A stretch of DNA of 64,000 bases from Hydrolagus colliei (taxonomy: Eukaryota), in NCBI GenBank assembly GCA_035084275.1, contig CM068749.1:18042001-18106000 (forward strand), written 5' to 3'. Both the position numbers and the translations under genes were made by a program. Under the pieces are notes generated by a model. That model ran no database searches. It saw nothing but the letters and a program-made list of their open reading frames with translations, and was not told the DNA's origin. This document shows positions 62,201 to 64,000 of this stretch, in pieces; positions within the stretch are counted from its first letter, which is position 1, and the number at the start of each line of letters is the position of its first letter.

Positions 62201-64000
62201 AATGTGGCATAGAAAAGCCTCCACAAACCAATAACTTTCATAATTGTGAAATTATCTAAACAATATTCAGATGTTTTACGTACTATACATGGTTATCAAA
62301 CAGTTCTAAATGTGAAAATTTCCTGTGATTTCTATCTATGTTTGAGATTCCCCAGGGTAGATTTGACCCATCAAATGTCAGGCAGGAAAAATCTACTGGG
62401 TTTCAATCTGGTGGAAGAAATGATTTTATGTCAGTTTCTTTAGAAAGTCTTGTAGGTGTGACTCACTCAACAATATGAAAGATCAGGAAGTGGCAAGGAA
62501 TAAATAGAACAAAATACAATAAGGTAAATATAAGACATGAGTTGCAATTTCCCATCAAGCCTACTTTTTATCATATCTTGTGATCTGTTTATTTTTGTAA
62601 TTCTCATTTCCATGCCTTTACTCTATATTTCGTAATGTATCATTTGCCTCCCAAATATGTATTTCCTTTAAAAATCATTGTTAGTGCGCTTTAAATGCCA
62701 CCAAACACAGCATTTATATTGAACTGTAGACCCATTTAAAATTCTCAATCTGCATCCTGTTAAACTGTGTACAATAGCAAGTGGTGTTACCTTTCCATTC
62801 TCCACAGAAATCCACGAATCCATGAACCACAGTTTCTACAAACCATATGTGAATTCAGAGCATATTCGGCTTCCAAAAATACACACCAGGCAGGGGGAAG
62901 TATGCAAATGAAATGATGTGATTACAGAACAAAAGCTGTTGTAAGTACTGAGCATCTCTTTAATTAAAATGGGTCAATTTCCCACACTCCATTCAACCCA
63001 GTTCAAACAACAGTCATGGTATATCAATGTTATTTGCTTAACTTTCAAAGTACATGCATTAAGATATCTTCAGGTTGACTATTTCCAAACTAAAAACAAG
63101 CCTTTCTGTAGTCCGTAGAAATTTCATTGCATTGGATCCAAGTTGTATATTTCACCACGGATATCTAATGAGTTACGAACCATACGTCTCATGAATCATG
63201 TCTGGTTTCAGAATACATATGGACAACAAATGAGGTGCTTTCGTGATTTGTTTTGTTTGCCTGAGGCTCACTAAGTGCTATTTTATTTCCTCTGTACTCA
63301 GAATCTTTTTTAAACAAGGATCCCATTTTAAATATGAACAAAAATAAGTTATTTACAATGCAATGTTTCTTAAATCCATCCATTATAGATAATGTTCTAC
63401 TACATTTGGTTTCATTAACCAATTTAACATTGTTAAGGACCGGAATGTTTTATGATGAAGAATATTGCTGAGTGCATACTAAATAAGGTGAAAAAGCAAT
63501 TTTTTTAATACACTACAAAATAATGATTATCTGCAAATGATTATATACATCTCATCGCTGGGTTCAGAATACAATCTCACATGATAGTAAAACGCTCAAT
63601 TCATAACCCAATTAGAAACTGCACTTTTGAATTTGCTCCCATCTTTTCAAGTGGCCACAGGGAGCTGAAACACTGTGGAAGAATTTCAACATAGAACTGA
63701 AAAAAAGAATAAGTAGGAAACTCGTGATCATCATCCACCAAGAAACTGAAGATGAAGTTTATTTATCTCCTTATTGTATTCTTCATATTGACTGAGAGAA
63801 AAATATCCCATACATTGGAGCCAAACCTGACTTTTTCTACGTTTCTATAGTTCTTTTTGCTTTCTCTTCTTCCAAAATGAGGATGTCCGCTCAGCTGCCT
63901 CTGCCCTTCCAACTACTAGTTTCTCCCCATATCCCCCTCACACCCCAGCCCCTACCCTTCCTGTCTCCATACCTTTGAACATGGTACCTCCTCCTTCTCA

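Noticed and set aside
121-63422. All ORFs in the supplied track as host genes
   Set aside because: They are short, many start at non-ATG codons, and none has a recognisable host domain. Several simply read through SINEs, LINE relics or N gaps.

Overview
AT-rich, CpG-depleted, non-coding vertebrate DNA with two assembly gaps. The repeats (tRNA-head Deu-domain SINEs with L2-type tails, shark-type CR1 3' ends, Penelope-like hairpins) point to a cartilaginous fish, probably a holocephalan (chimaera); this is inferred from recalled repeat consensuses, not from a search. No host protein-coding gene, rRNA, tRNA gene or CRISPR array is supported, and the listed ORFs look random or repeat-derived. The window reads as a large intron or gene desert with about 20 SINE copies or fragments, decayed CR1, L2 and L1 pieces, and several repeat-free patches that look like conserved enhancers. 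The most notable structures are a multi-layer nested SINE stack with a long tail-to-tail palindrome (30358-31776), a locally templated inverted duplication (27537-27739), a SINE copy lacking both Pol III promoter boxes (38875-39217), decayed hammerhead-like motifs in Penelope-like repeats, and a cluster of five TAATGA sites. I found no evidence for a new protein-coding system. Boundaries of old repeats are approximate.
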